From: Rhodothermales bacterium
GTDB lineage: Bacteria > Bacteroidota > Rhodothermia > Rhodothermales > VXPQ01
Direction of reading: 5' to 3'
Length of the DNA stretch: 64,000 nucleotides
Assembly: GCA_951812345.1 (NCBI GenBank)
Contig: OX638295.1
Span: 748,497 to 812,496, forward strand
In this document: positions 20,666 to 32,701 of the stretch, in pieces
Layout of the letters: the number at the start of each line of letters is the position of its first letter
Position numbering within the stretch: the first letter of the stretch is position 1
Position numbers and translations under genes: made by a program
The notes under the pieces: model-generated
Databases searched by the model: none
What the model saw: only the letters and a program-made list of their open reading frames with translations
What the model was told of the DNA's origin: nothing

Positions 20666-20902
20666 CGGTTCGGGAAAAGATGGAAGTAGAGCGCCACGGC
20701 GTAATGGTTTGCGCATGGCCTGGAAGATACCGCATACTATCTCTCGGGCGGCGCCTGTCATGTAACCAACGTGCTACGTATCGGCAAGGGGCATGATCCC
20801 TTTGCCATGCACCGGGATTGGTCTCTATATGATTTCGCATTTCTTCGATAATCCATGTATCATGCGTTCCAAACCACCCTTGCGATTATGTCGGATAAAG
20901 CC

Positions 20903-22468
20903 ATGAATTTTTCTTTCCTGCGTTTGCGCTGCGCCGTATGGACCGCGCCGGTTCTTCTTGCCATGATGCTTGCCGCCGTCCCGGTGCATCGCGCGGATGC
21001 GCAGCCCGAACCCACCTACACGGAGCGCTACCGCCCGCAATACCACTTTACGCCCGCCGTGAACTGGACCAACGATCCGAACGGACTGGTCTGGTTCGAC
21101 GACGAGTACCACTTGTTCTACCAGTACAATCCCTTCGGCACTCGCTGGGGGCACATGAGCTGGGGGCACGCGGTGAGCCCCGATCTGCTTCACTGGGAGC
21201 ACTTGCCTGTCGCCATCCCTGAAACGGACAGTGTTATGGCGTTTTCCGGCAGCGCGGTGGTGGACTGGAACAACACGAGCGGGTTTGGAACGGATGAAAA
21301 CCCGCCGATGATCGCCATTTATACGGGGCACTACCGGGAGCGGAAACTGCAGGCGCAGTACATCGCATGGAGCACCGACCGGGGGCGCACCTGGACTCCT
21401 TACGAGGGCAATCCCGTACTCGATTTCGGTCTTGCGAATTTCCGCGATCCCAAAGTGTTCTGGTATGCGCCGGAAGAGAAATGGGTGATGGTTGTAGCGC
21501 TGTCTGTGGACCGGAAGGTGCATCTTTATTCCTCGAAGGACCTGAAATCCTGGACGTTTCTGAGCGAATTCGGTCCTGCGGGGAACGTGACCGGCATCTG
21601 GGAATGTCCCGACCTGTTCGAATTGCCTATCGAGAACCGGCCCGGGGAGACGCGCTGGGTGCTGGACGTGGATAATGGAGGGGGTACCGTCGCGGGCGGT
21701 TCGGGGGGACAGTACTTCGTAGGGCATTTCGACGGGACCACCTTCGTCGCCGAGCACGCGGATACCCGCTGGGTGGATTATGCGAAGGATTTTTACGCCG
21801 CCATTTCCTGGTCCGACGTGCCGGAAGAAGACGGCCGCCGCCTGTGGGTGGGCTGGCTGAACAATTGGCTGTATGCCGGAGAGATTCCCACGGACCCCTG
21901 GCGTAGCGGACAGAGTTTGCCCCGCGCACTGTCGTTGCGCGCCGACGCGCTCGGCGATCTGTGGCTGGTGCAGAGGCCCGTCGAGGAACTGAAGACGCTG
22001 CGCGAAACGCACCGCCGCCTCGACGCACGCGCCATTGCGGAAGGAGAGCATGACCTGAGCGGCGAAGGGATCGCCGGCAAGGCCATTGAACTGGTGATCG
22101 AACTGGAGGTCGGCGATGCCGCGGAAGTCGGCCTGAAAGTGCGTCAGGGCGAAGGGGAGGAGACGGTGATCGGGTACGACGCGCTTCGCAAGGAGGTGTT
22201 CGTGGACCGGTACCGGTCCGGCGAAAAGGAATTTCACCCGACGTTTGCGGACCTTTTCGAAGTGTCTATGGAAGCGCCGGAAGGGCGCGTAAAACTGCAC
22301 GTATTCGTGGACTGGTCGTCGGTAGAGGTCTTTGCGGACGACGGCGCCATCGTGTTCACCAGTCAGGTGTTCCCGTCGCCGGACAGCGAGGGGGTGAGCA
22401 TCTACGCGGAAGGAGGCGCCGCCCGCCTCGTGTCGCTCGACATGTGGACGCTCGGTTCTGTCTGGTAA
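20903..22468 (+). CDS. GH32 beta-fructofuranosidase/levanase
   Basis: WTNDPNG, FSGSAV, FRDPKV and WECPDL motifs, with a signal peptide. Confidence 0.95.
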   Translation: MNFSFLRLRCAVWTAPVLLAMMLAAVPVHRADAQPEPTYTERYRPQYHFTPAVNWTNDPNGLVWFDDEYHLFYQYNPFGTRWGHMSWGHAVSPDLLHWEHLPVAIPETDSVMAFSGSAVVDWNNTSGFGTDENPPMIAIYTGHYRERKLQAQYIAWSTDRGRTWTPYEGNPVLDFGLANFRDPKVFWYAPEEKWVMVVALSVDRKVHLYSSKDLKSWTFLSEFGPAGNVTGIWECPDLFELPIENRPGETRWVLDVDNGGGTVAGGSGGQYFVGHFDGTTFVAEHADTRWVDYAKDFYAAISWSDVPEEDGRRLWVGWLNNWLYAGEIPTDPWRSGQSLPRALSLRADALGDLWLVQRPVEELKTLRETHRRLDARAIAEGEHDLSGEGIAGKAIELVIELEVGDAAEVGLKVRQGEGEETVIGYDALRKEVFVDRYRSGEKEFHPTFADLFEVSMEAPEGRVKLHVFVDWSSVEVFADDGAIVFTSQVFPSPDSEGVSIYAEGGAARLVSLDMWTLGSVW

Positions 22469-22550
22469 TCTCCCCGGATCCGCCGGGCCTTGCCCGGCCC
22501 ATGACTCGCACACAGAATTCAGGTAATAAACAAGGGAAGTTGTATCCGTC

Positions 22551-23930
22551 ATGAACCGCCGCACCGTCTTGTTCAGCACCATCGTGGCCGCTCTCGGCGG
22601 CCTTCTTTTCGGCTTCGATACGATCGTTATTTCCGGCACGACCGAGGCGCTCGAATCGGTGTTCGGTCTGGACGAGTTCTGGCTGGGCTTTACGGTGGCC
22701 TCCGCGCTCATCGGCACCATCGTCGGGGCGTTCGGCGCCGGGATTCCCGCCGACCGCTATGGGCGGAACCGCGTACTTATCGTGCTGGCGGTCTTTTACT
22801 TCGTCTCCGCGCTGGGGAGCGCCACGGCGGACAACTGGATCGCCTTTCTGCTGTACCGTTTTCTCGGCGGGCTGGCCGTCGGCGGTTCGTCCGTGGTCGC
22901 GCCCATGTACATTGCGGAAATAGCCCCGGCCCGGTTGCGCGGACGGCTTGTGGCGGTCACCCAGCTCAACGTGGTCACGGGGATCCTGCTGGCCTTTTTA
23001 TCCAATTACGTGGTGGCCCAGATCATTGCGGACGCAACGGCCTGGCGGTGGATGTTCGGCGTGGAGGCGGCCCCCGCCGCACTGTTCTTCGCGCTGCTCT
23101 TTTTCATCCCGCAAAGCCCCCGCTGGCTCGTCAAGCGAGGGCGTTCGGAGGAGGCCCGCGCCGTACTGGAGCGTCTCGGGAAAGTCGAGATAGATAACGA
23201 AATGGCGGAAATCGTCGCTTCGCTGAAGACCGAGACCGGTCAGACGGGCAGCAAGCTGCTCCAGAAGCGTTATACTTTTCCGATCCTGCTGGCGTGGGGG
23301 CTTGCCATGTTCAACCAGCTTTCCGGGATCAATGCGCTGATGTACTATGCGCCGCGCATCTTCGGCATGGCGGGAGCCGGCGTCGACGACGCCCTGTTGC
23401 AGTCGGTGGCCGTGGGCGGCACCAACCTCATCTTCACCATTTCGGCGTTCTTCATCATCGATCGGTTCGGGCGCCGTCCGCTGATGATCGTAGGCTCGGC
23501 GGGTACGGCAGTCTGCCTTGCCCTGGTGGCCTGGGCCTTTTTCGTCGGGGGCGATCACATGGGGACTCCCGTACTGATCGGCCTGCTTGGGTTCATTGCC
23601 TTCTTCGCCTTGTCGCAGGGGGCGGTGATCTGGGTGTTTCTTTCGGAAATCTTCCCGAACCGGGTGCGATCCAAGGGGCAATCTCTCGGCTCGTTCACCC
23701 ACTGGTTTATGGCCGCCGCGGTTTCCTGGACCTTTCCTGTGGTGGCCGAGGCGTCCGGCGGGTTCGCCTTCGCGTTTTTCAGCGCCATGATGGTGCTCCA
23801 GTTGTTCTTCGCCGTCAAGATAATGCCGGAAACGAAGGGGTTGTCGCTGGAGGAACTGGAGGTGAAACTGGGCATCGGCACGGCGGAACTGGAAGCGCTC
23901 GAAGAACGGCTCCATGCCGGCGAGAAGTAG
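22551..23930 (+). CDS. sugar porter family MFS transporter
   Basis: GGLLFGFD, DRYGR, PQSPRWL, DRFGRR and PETKG motifs. Confidence 0.95.
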   Translation: MNRRTVLFSTIVAALGGLLFGFDTIVISGTTEALESVFGLDEFWLGFTVASALIGTIVGAFGAGIPADRYGRNRVLIVLAVFYFVSALGSATADNWIAFLLYRFLGGLAVGGSSVVAPMYIAEIAPARLRGRLVAVTQLNVVTGILLAFLSNYVVAQIIADATAWRWMFGVEAAPAALFFALLFFIPQSPRWLVKRGRSEEARAVLERLGKVEIDNEMAEIVASLKTETGQTGSKLLQKRYTFPILLAWGLAMFNQLSGINALMYYAPRIFGMAGAGVDDALLQSVAVGGTNLIFTISAFFIIDRFGRRPLMIVGSAGTAVCLALVAWAFFVGGDHMGTPVLIGLLGFIAFFALSQGAVIWVFLSEIFPNRVRSKGQSLGSFTHWFMAAAVSWTFPVVAEASGGFAFAFFSAMMVLQLFFAVKIMPETKGLSLEELEVKLGIGTAELEALEERLHAGEK

Positions 23931-23932
23931 CC

Positions 23933-24091
23933 TCAGTTTTTCGCCGTCACGGTCACGATCACCCGGCGGTAGCGCGTAAGCGGGGGGTTGCCGGTGTCAG
24001 TCGCTTCCAGTACGATATGGATGGTTGCCCTGGGCGGGGTGTCTTCCGGCACCGTGAACGACGCTTCGGCCCGATCCGCATTTTGCAGCAT
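23933..24091 (-). pseudogene. orphan C-terminal fragment of a DUF1593 protein (52 aa)
   Basis: MLQNADRAEASFTVPEDTPPRATIHIVLEATDTGNPPLTRYRRVIVTV aligns by eye with the C-terminus of 35951-37474 (ITNASSMEASLVVPE..IQVILTAHDDGEPVLYRYRRIIVTV). Confidence 0.75.
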
Positions 24092-24099
24092 AATCCCCC

Positions 24100-25873
<1,774 letters not shown>

Positions 25874-25923
25874 GATGTTTCCTTAATACTTGTCTGATGC
25901 CTCATGATGTCTATCCAGTGGTG

Positions 25924-26724
25924 TCACTGGAAGCGTTCTTTCATCCATTCCTGCCACGCGGGGTCGTCGCGGGCCGCGATGGCGGGCGCGTCGTCGCCGT
26001 ACAGGTAGATTCCGACGGAAGCCAGCACCTGATTCTCAAAGGGAAAAACGGTCACGGACCCAATGCCCGGCCCCGGATCGTCGAGCCGCAAAATCGCATA
26101 GGGTAGCGGCCCCTCCGGCGCGCGCTCCCGGATACCCGCAAGCGGCGGCGTGCCATCGGGAGACCGAAAACGCTCCCCCTCGGATATGTCCGCAATGCCG
26201 AGCGCATTGCACGCCGCGCTCCAGGCGTCGTCCAGAGAGCCGGTCGCCGGACTGGTGATCCGGATGATCGACGCGGGCTGCCCGCGAAAATGCGTCATGT
26301 AGCTTCGCAGGACGGCGAAGCAGCACGGCCAGTTGCTTTCGATTTCATCAAGATCCTTGTCCCACTCGTCGGCGTCCGCAAACACACTGTGCGCCACACG
26401 CACCACACACGTTCCCGAAGGGCGCGCCTCGACCGTCCACTCGCTGGTCATGGGCGGCGCTCCGGGGCGCCAGTCTTTTTCCAGGTTGACGAACCGGTGC
26501 GGCGGGTCCCAGACGGTCACGGTGGCGACGACATTCATTTCCAGTCCCGGTCCCATGTCCCAGACGATCAGGCCCCCGACCCATTCCTCGGTCGTGTTCG
26601 GAAGGAACCAGGAAGAAACTCCGGGTCCGGTGGCGACAGCCTTCCAGACTTCCTCTACGGTCCCCGGTACCTCGACCTCGACCTGGATCGACTGGCGACC
26701 GGACTTGTCGTGCTGGATGCTCAT
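25924..26724 (-). CDS. SRPBCC/AHSA1-domain protein, paralog 1
   Basis: Same motifs as 25070-25873; tandem duplicate. Confidence 0.8.
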   Translation of the reverse strand: MSIQHDKSGRQSIQVEVEVPGTVEEVWKAVATGPGVSSWFLPNTTEEWVGGLIVWDMGPGLEMNVVATVTVWDPPHRFVNLEKDWRPGAPPMTSEWTVEARPSGTCVVRVAHSVFADADEWDKDLDEIESNWPCCFAVLRSYMTHFRGQPASIIRITSPATGSLDDAWSAACNALGIADISEGERFRSPDGTPPLAGIRERAPEGPLPYAILRLDDPGPGIGSVTVFPFENQVLASVGIYLYGDDAPAIAARDDPAWQEWMKERFQ

Positions 26725-26854
26725 GACGCCTTCCGGATATCTTTTCCCGATGTCGATTGAAGCGGATGTTTATCCATTTTCCCGAAACGCTTCTCCATAG
26801 CGCCATGCTCCGCAAAATATACCGCATTTCAGGATGTTTGGCGTGTATACTTTG

Positions 26855-27910
26855 CTACGCCTGCATCCGCACGAGGGATTTTTGCTGCATGCGCTGCTGC
26901 CACTGGTCCACGACAACGGCCAGCACGATCACGGCGCCTTTTATGACGATTTGCCAGAACTCCGAGACCCCGAGTAGCACCATCCCGTTCACCAGCACCC
27001 CGATCACAAAGGCTCCGATAATGGTTCCGCCGATCGTGCCGCGTCCGCCCATCAGGGAGGCGCCCCCAAGGACCACTACGGCAATGGCGTTGAGTTCGAA
27101 GGTTTCCCCGGTCGCCGGATGGGCGGCGACCAGTTGCGAGGCGATGATCAGGCCGACCATGGCCGCGCAAAGCCCGGAGATCATGTAGGTGACCAGTTTC
27201 ACCCTGTTTACGCGCACCCCGGAGAGTTCCGCCGCTTTTTCGTTCCCGCCTATGGCGTAGACCTGCCGTCCGAACGGAGTTTTGCGTGCCACGAACGCTG
27301 CCGCAACGGCAAAGAGCGCCATCACCCAGATAGGGTAGGGCAGAGCCAGAAAGGTATCCGCTCCCAGCGCCGGGAAACCCGTATTGCCCAGATCATCCTG
27401 CCCGACCAGGTTGGCGAACGTTGCGCCGTCCGAGATCAGGAGCGCTGCCCCCCTTGCTATATACAGGGTGCCGAGCGTGGCGATGAACGGGGCCACGCCC
27501 AGCCGGGTGACGAGCCACCCGTTCAGGGCGCCGACCGCTATGCCTGCCACCAGTGTCAGCAGCATAACGATCGGCACGGCGAAGAAAATGGATACCCCGA
27601 ACGGGGGCAGGATCAACCCTTCGGTGAGCAGCCAGCCGGCCACCATCCCGCACAGCCCCACCACGGACCCCACCGACAGGTCGATACCGCCGCTCAGGAT
27701 CACGAAGGTCATGCCGATGCCCAGGATGGCGTTGATGGCGACCTGCTTGGTGAGGATGACGAGATTGCCCGTCGTCAGGAAGGCGGGCGTCAGCAGCGAA
27801 AATGCGATGAACAGGACAATCAGGGCAAGGTATGCCCGCGATTGCAGGAGCCACATCCGGAGCGGAAGGCGCCGGGATGTGGCCGGGACAGGTTGTGTAT
27901 GATCTCCCAT
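26855..27910 (-). CDS. sugar ABC transporter permease (RbsC-like)
   Basis: GGIDLSVGS, PFIATLG, YAIGGNEKAAELSG and ELNAIAVVVLGG motifs. Confidence 0.95.
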   Translation of the reverse strand: MGDHTQPVPATSRRLPLRMWLLQSRAYLALIVLFIAFSLLTPAFLTTGNLVILTKQVAINAILGIGMTFVILSGGIDLSVGSVVGLCGMVAGWLLTEGLILPPFGVSIFFAVPIVMLLTLVAGIAVGALNGWLVTRLGVAPFIATLGTLYIARGAALLISDGATFANLVGQDDLGNTGFPALGADTFLALPYPIWVMALFAVAAAFVARKTPFGRQVYAIGGNEKAAELSGVRVNRVKLVTYMISGLCAAMVGLIIASQLVAAHPATGETFELNAIAVVVLGGASLMGGRGTIGGTIIGAFVIGVLVNGMVLLGVSEFWQIVIKGAVIVLAVVVDQWQQRMQQKSLVRMQA

Positions 27911-27919
27911 GATGTTGGG

Positions 27920-29539
27920 TTATGCCACCTGTTCGTTGGGGTGTTCTGTGGATGGGGCAATTACCGAGGCGTCCGCAAGATGTTGTTCGGTGATGTCTTC
28001 GCCTTCGAGGGCGGCCGTGAGGCGGCCCCGCGCCATGACAAGCGCCCGGTCTGCAAGGGCTATGACCTCCTTCAGTTCCGAGGAAACGAACAGGATGCCC
28101 ATCCCCTGCGCCGCCAGATCGTCCACAATATGGAAAATGTCCGACTTGGCTGCGACATCGATGCCCCGGGTCGGTTCGTCCATCATGAGCACTCTGGGCT
28201 GCGTGAGAAGGCTTTTGGCCACCACCGCTTTCTGCTGGTTTCCGCCGCTCAGCGTAGCGATCGATTGCCGGGCGCTGGACACCCTGATCCCGAGGGTTTC
28301 GATCATGCGCCAGACTTCGCGATTTTCCCGGCGTCCGGATAGAGCGGGTCCTCTGGTGAAGCGCGAAAGGGCAGCGAGGCTAATATTTTTCGCCACGGAC
28401 ATATTCCGGAGCACTCCAAGCCGCTGCCGGTCCTCGGGAATGAGCGCCAGACCCGCTTGCAGGCGTTCGTCGATGCGCAATCCAGCGAGGGAGCGATCAC
28501 CGAGAAAAACGCTGCCCCGTGCATCGGGGTGCATTCCAAGGAGACATTCCAGCAGTTCGGTGCGTCCCGCTCCCATCAGCCCGTAGATGCCGACCGCCTC
28601 CCCTGCCCGGACCGTGAACGACACGTTTTTGATAAGATATCCTCCGCCATGCGGGCGCGGCAACGACAGGTTTTCGACGCGCAGCACGGGTTCTCCGATC
28701 GTTCGCGCCTCCTTGCGGAAGAGCGCTCCTTCACTGCGCCCGGACATGTTTTCGACGATCCAGGCCAGGGAAACGTCCTGGGCAGGCGCTTCGGCAACGA
28801 GCCGTCCGTCGCGGAGCACCGTGAACCGGTCGCCGATCCGCAAGCACTCGTCCAGTTTGTGCGAAATGTATACGATGGCGACGCCCTGTGCGGTGAGTTC
28901 CCCGACGATGCGAAGCAGGATTTCCGTTTCGGCGCGGCTCAGGGCCGAAGTCGGTTCGTCCATGATGAGAATGGATACATCCTCGGCCAGCGCCCGGGCA
29001 ATCTCGACGAGTTGCTGCTGCCCGATGCGCAGGTCTTCCACCAGCGTGTCCGGCGAGATGTCTTGTTCCAGCCGCGCCATCAGTGTCCGGGCGACCTCTT
29101 TTTGTTTTCCATGCTGCACCGTGCCCACCCCCGAAACGAGTTCGCGGCCCGTGAACAGGTTTTCGCTCACGGACAGATTGGGAAACAAGGTGAGTTCCTG
29201 ATGAATGACGCCGATGCCCAGCGCCCGCCCTTCCCGCGGCGATGCCGGAGCAATGGATTGGTCCCGGAGCAGGAGTTGTCCGCTTGTGGGGGATTCTATC
29301 CCGGCCAGGATGCGCGTCAGCGTCGATTTGCCAGCCCCGTTTTCTCCGATGAGCACATTGACGCAGCCGGGGTATACATTGAAATCCACGCCGTCCAGCG
29401 CCGTCGTTCCCGGATACCGCTTCACGATCCCTTCGGTGCGCAGCACAGGTTCCGTCTTGTCCGAGCCGTTGGAGGAACCAGTCCGGCGAGGGAGAGCCGT
29501 TCCGTTTTTGTCGTTCGCTATGTTTTCGGCATGTGTCAT
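27920..29539 (-). CDS. sugar ABC transporter ATPase (RbsA-like, two domains)
   Basis: GENGAGKST, IMDEPTS, LSGGNQQK and DEPTRGID motifs. Confidence 0.95.
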   Translation of the reverse strand: MTHAENIANDKNGTALPRRTGSSNGSDKTEPVLRTEGIVKRYPGTTALDGVDFNVYPGCVNVLIGENGAGKSTLTRILAGIESPTSGQLLLRDQSIAPASPREGRALGIGVIHQELTLFPNLSVSENLFTGRELVSGVGTVQHGKQKEVARTLMARLEQDISPDTLVEDLRIGQQQLVEIARALAEDVSILIMDEPTSALSRAETEILLRIVGELTAQGVAIVYISHKLDECLRIGDRFTVLRDGRLVAEAPAQDVSLAWIVENMSGRSEGALFRKEARTIGEPVLRVENLSLPRPHGGGYLIKNVSFTVRAGEAVGIYGLMGAGRTELLECLLGMHPDARGSVFLGDRSLAGLRIDERLQAGLALIPEDRQRLGVLRNMSVAKNISLAALSRFTRGPALSGRRENREVWRMIETLGIRVSSARQSIATLSGGNQQKAVVAKSLLTQPRVLMMDEPTRGIDVAAKSDIFHIVDDLAAQGMGILFVSSELKEVIALADRALVMARGRLTAALEGEDITEQHLADASVIAPSTEHPNEQVA

Positions 29540-30243
29540 TCGCTGTCCCGGATGACGATCCGGACCGGCGTAATCGCCGGCAGGTCTGTCCCTTGCAATG
29601 CGAAGGCCCCGTGGAAGTCGATGTCGCGCCCCGGCAGCGATGCCGGATTCAGCTCGCCCAGTACCGTTTCGAGCAAGCGGGCATGCATGGCGTGGGAGGC
29701 GTTCGCGTGCTCCATCTGGTTTACGAATCGGTCGAAGGTCATGAACGGCAATGCATCCCGCAGCGCCGTGCCGCGCAGCACGGGGCCAATCTGCAGACGT
29801 ACGTTGGCCATGTCGTCGAGGGGCGGCACATCCAGTAGCAGAAAACCTGCGCGCGAGGTGGTATCTGCTGCAAGAACGCGTCCTGTTCCCTGCACAATAA
29901 AATTATACGGCCGATCTCCTTCCCGGCGCCCGTATTGCGTCGAGGCCGCCGCTTCGTCCGTTTCCAGAGCCTCCAGCAGCATGGTCAGGTCCGCTGCCTC
30001 GTTTTCGACGGTCGGGAGGATGCGCGTTTCCCAGTTTTCTTCCACGAACGTCTCTGCGTCGAAGGCGGGTTGGGCTTCTTCGATAATAGCCTTGCCCGTG
30101 GCCGGGTCCAGCGGGCGGATTTTACACCCGGCGGTTGCAAGGGCCGCTGTGATGAGGATGCTCGCAAGAGACAAGAGGAACGTGTTGCGCATGGTTGAGC
30201 GAGCTGGTGATCGGACCTGCTCCGCTGTTCCGATCGGTTTCAT
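29536..30243 (-). CDS. DUF2291-family lipoprotein
   Basis: Lipobox TAGC and LQIGPVLRGTALRDA..F..FVNQ signature. Lies next to the ABC ATPase; the start may be the downstream MRNT. Confidence 0.8.
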   Translation of the reverse strand: MKPIGTAEQVRSPARSTMRNTFLLSLASILITAALATAGCKIRPLDPATGKAIIEEAQPAFDAETFVEENWETRILPTVENEAADLTMLLEALETDEAAASTQYGRREGDRPYNFIVQGTGRVLAADTTSRAGFLLLDVPPLDDMANVRLQIGPVLRGTALRDALPFMTFDRFVNQMEHANASHAMHARLLETVLGELNPASLPGRDIDFHGAFALQGTDLPAITPVRIVIRDSE

Positions 30244-31760
30244 GGATTGGGCGGGGACTCGCCGGGTTCGTGCAAGGCGCGCGCCACAGCGTGCCGCCAG
30301 CCTTCGCAGATTCGTTGGCGTTCCTTGTTCGGGCGCCGGGGTTCGAACCGGTCCAGCGAGCGCGGCAGGGCGGCCAGCGCATCAAGCGAATCCCGGTATC
30401 CGAGCGTCAGACCGGCCATATAGGCCGCTCCGAGTGCGGAAAGGTCTTCGGCCCGGTTACGGAGCACCGGAGTTCCCAGTACATCCGCCTGAAACTGCAT
30501 GAGCGTATCGTTGCGACTGGCGCCCCCATCCGCCAGGAGGACATGCAGCGCGGCGTTGTGCGTTGCGCCACTCGCCGTCTTTGCCATTGCCTCGAACACA
30601 TCGCGCACCTGAAAAGCGATGGATTCCACGACAGCGCGGGCCAGATGAGCGGCGGTCGTGCCCCGCGTAATCCCGGTCACGAGGCCGCGCGCGTTTTCGT
30701 TCCAGTGCGGAGCGCCCAGTCCCACGAAGGCGGGGACAACATACAGCCCTTCGGTGCAGTCCGTTTCTTCGGCAAGCGCGGCGACCTGCGAAGGATCGTC
30801 CAGACCCAGCAGGTCGGCAATCCATTGCAGGGCCGATCCCGTCACCGAAATATTGCCTTCCAGTGCATAGGTGGTCTGGTTTCCCAGCTTCCAGGCCACC
30901 GTGGTGGCGAGGCCGTGTTCGGAAAAAGCGAGGCCGGACAGCGGGGTCATGAGCGAGCTGCCCGTGCCGTAGGTGGCCTTCACCGCACCGGGTCGGAACC
31001 CGGCCTGCCCGAAGAGGGCGGCATGGGAGTCTCCCATCATTGCAGCGACAGGAATACCTCCGGGCAGGACGCCGTGTGGGACCGTTTCCCCGAACAGGGC
31101 GCCGGACGGCATGATTTCCGGGAGCATGGTTTCCGGGATGCCAAACGTTTCCGTCAGGTCATGATCCCAGGCGCCCGTGTGCAGGTTGAAGAGTTGCGTA
31201 CGCGAGGCATTGCTCGCATCGCACCGGTGTGCTTTGCCGCCCGTCAGATTCCAGAGCACCCAGCTGTCGATCGTTCCGGCGAGGAGTTCGCCGCCTTCTG
31301 CCCGGCGCCGGCCTTCGGGCGCCTGATCCAGCAACCACCGGATCTTCGACGCGGAGAACAGCGGGTCGACAGGCAGGCCGGTACGTTCCAGGAGCATGGG
31401 TTCCTGTCCTTCGCGGCGCAGCGTGTTGCAGAAAGGGCCGGTGCGGCGGCATTGCCAAACGATGACCGGCCCGGCGGGACGGCCCGTATCCCGTTCCCAC
31501 ACCACCACGGATTCCCGCTGGTTCGTTACGGCCAGACCCTGGGGAGTCGGGTTTCCGGCCTCCGCGAGACACATTTCCACGGCTGCCAGCACGCTTTTCC
31601 ACAGCAACATAGGGTCCTGCTCCACCCAGCCCGGCTGCGGAAACGATACGGGCACGGGGCGGGCGGCTTTGTGCCGGATCGTTCCGTCGGAAGCATCGAC
31701 CAGCACGGCTTTCGTGTGCGTGGTGCCCTGGTCTATGGCAAGAATCAGGGGGCTGTGCAT
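30240..31760 (-). CDS. FGGY/glycerol kinase-family kinase, probable D-apulose kinase (AplK-like)
   Basis: LAIDQGTT, TNQRES, NASRT, GDSHAAL and KATYGTGS motifs. Start placed at MHSPL; substrate inferred from context. Confidence 0.85.
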   Translation of the reverse strand: MHSPLILAIDQGTTHTKAVLVDASDGTIRHKAARPVPVSFPQPGWVEQDPMLLWKSVLAAVEMCLAEAGNPTPQGLAVTNQRESVVVWERDTGRPAGPVIVWQCRRTGPFCNTLRREGQEPMLLERTGLPVDPLFSASKIRWLLDQAPEGRRRAEGGELLAGTIDSWVLWNLTGGKAHRCDASNASRTQLFNLHTGAWDHDLTETFGIPETMLPEIMPSGALFGETVPHGVLPGGIPVAAMMGDSHAALFGQAGFRPGAVKATYGTGSSLMTPLSGLAFSEHGLATTVAWKLGNQTTYALEGNISVTGSALQWIADLLGLDDPSQVAALAEETDCTEGLYVVPAFVGLGAPHWNENARGLVTGITRGTTAAHLARAVVESIAFQVRDVFEAMAKTASGATHNAALHVLLADGGASRNDTLMQFQADVLGTPVLRNRAEDLSALGAAYMAGLTLGYRDSLDALAALPRSLDRFEPRRPNKERQRICEGWRHAVARALHEPGESPPNP

Positions 31761-32701
31761 CAGCGGACCGGCTTCTTGAGTTCCAGCGCAGCGTCCCGGA
31801 TGCCTTCGGGGGTAAGACCGAAATGCTCCAGCAGCCATTTCGTGTCGCCGGTGGGCGCGAAGACGCCGGGTACGCCAAGGATGCGCATCGGGACAGGCAG
31901 GTGCTGCACCACAACCTCCGCCACAGCGCTGCCCAGTCCGCCGAACGTGGTGTGTTCTTCCGCGGTCACGATGGCCCCGGTTTCACGGGCGGCGGCAAGC
32001 ACCGCTTCCCGGTCGATGGGGCGTACGGTCGCCATGTTCAGCACCCGGGACTCTATACCCTGTGCTGCCAGCAGGTCGGCCGCTTCCAGGACCCGGGCCG
32101 TCATGACGCCATTCGCAATGAGCGTCACGTCGCCGCCGGGGCGCAGCAGGCTTGCCTTGCCGAAGGCGAATGCGTAGTCGGCGTCGTGCAGGGCGGGCAC
32201 GCCCATGCGGCTCAACCGCAGGAAGACCGGCCCTGCAACCTGCGCCGCCGCCCGGACGGCCTGTGCGGTTTCGAGGGGATCGGCAGGCGCCGTCACCGTG
32301 ATGTTCGCAATGGCCCGCACCCAGGCGAAATCCTCGATGGAATGGTGTGTTGCTCCGAGCGCGCCGTACGCCAGCCCGCTACTCACGCCCACCAGTTTCA
32401 CGTTCGCGTTCGAATACGCCACGTCCGCCTTGATTTGCTCCAGCGCCCGCCCGGTCATAAAACAGGAGGCCGAGCAGACGAACGGTATTTTCCCGGCATT
32501 CGCCAGCCCGGCTCCCACACCTACGAGATTCTGTTCTGCAATCCCCACGTTGATCAGCCGGTCGGGGAAACGTTCACGGAACGCCCCGGTTTTGCTCGAC
32601 CCCACCGAGTCGTTGTTCACCACAACGATGCGCTCATCGGTTTCGCCCAGCGCAACGAGGGTTTCGGAAAAGGCGTCGCGGCAATCGTACAGCATGGTCA
32701 T
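31760..32701 (-). CDS. transketolase C-terminal subunit (AptB-like)
   Basis: YDCRDAF, NVGIAEQN, GATHHSIED and AEEH..GGLG motifs. Confidence 0.9.
   Translation of the reverse strand: MTMLYDCRDAFSETLVALGETDERIVVVNNDSVGSSKTGAFRERFPDRLINVGIAEQNLVGVGAGLANAGKIPFVCSASCFMTGRALEQIKADVAYSNANVKLVGVSSGLAYGALGATHHSIEDFAWVRAIANITVTAPADPLETAQAVRAAAQVAGPVFLRLSRMGVPALHDADYAFAFGKASLLRPGGDVTLIANGVMTARVLEAADLLAAQGIESRVLNMATVRPIDREAVLAAARETGAIVTAEEHTTFGGLGSAVAEVVVQHLPVPMRILGVPGVFAPTGDTKWLLEHFGLTPEGIRDAALELKKPVR

Noticed and set aside
30240-31760. Glycerol kinase glpK
   Set aside because: GDSHAAL in place of GDQQAAL, and the isomerase/transketolase context, favour a different sugar kinase.
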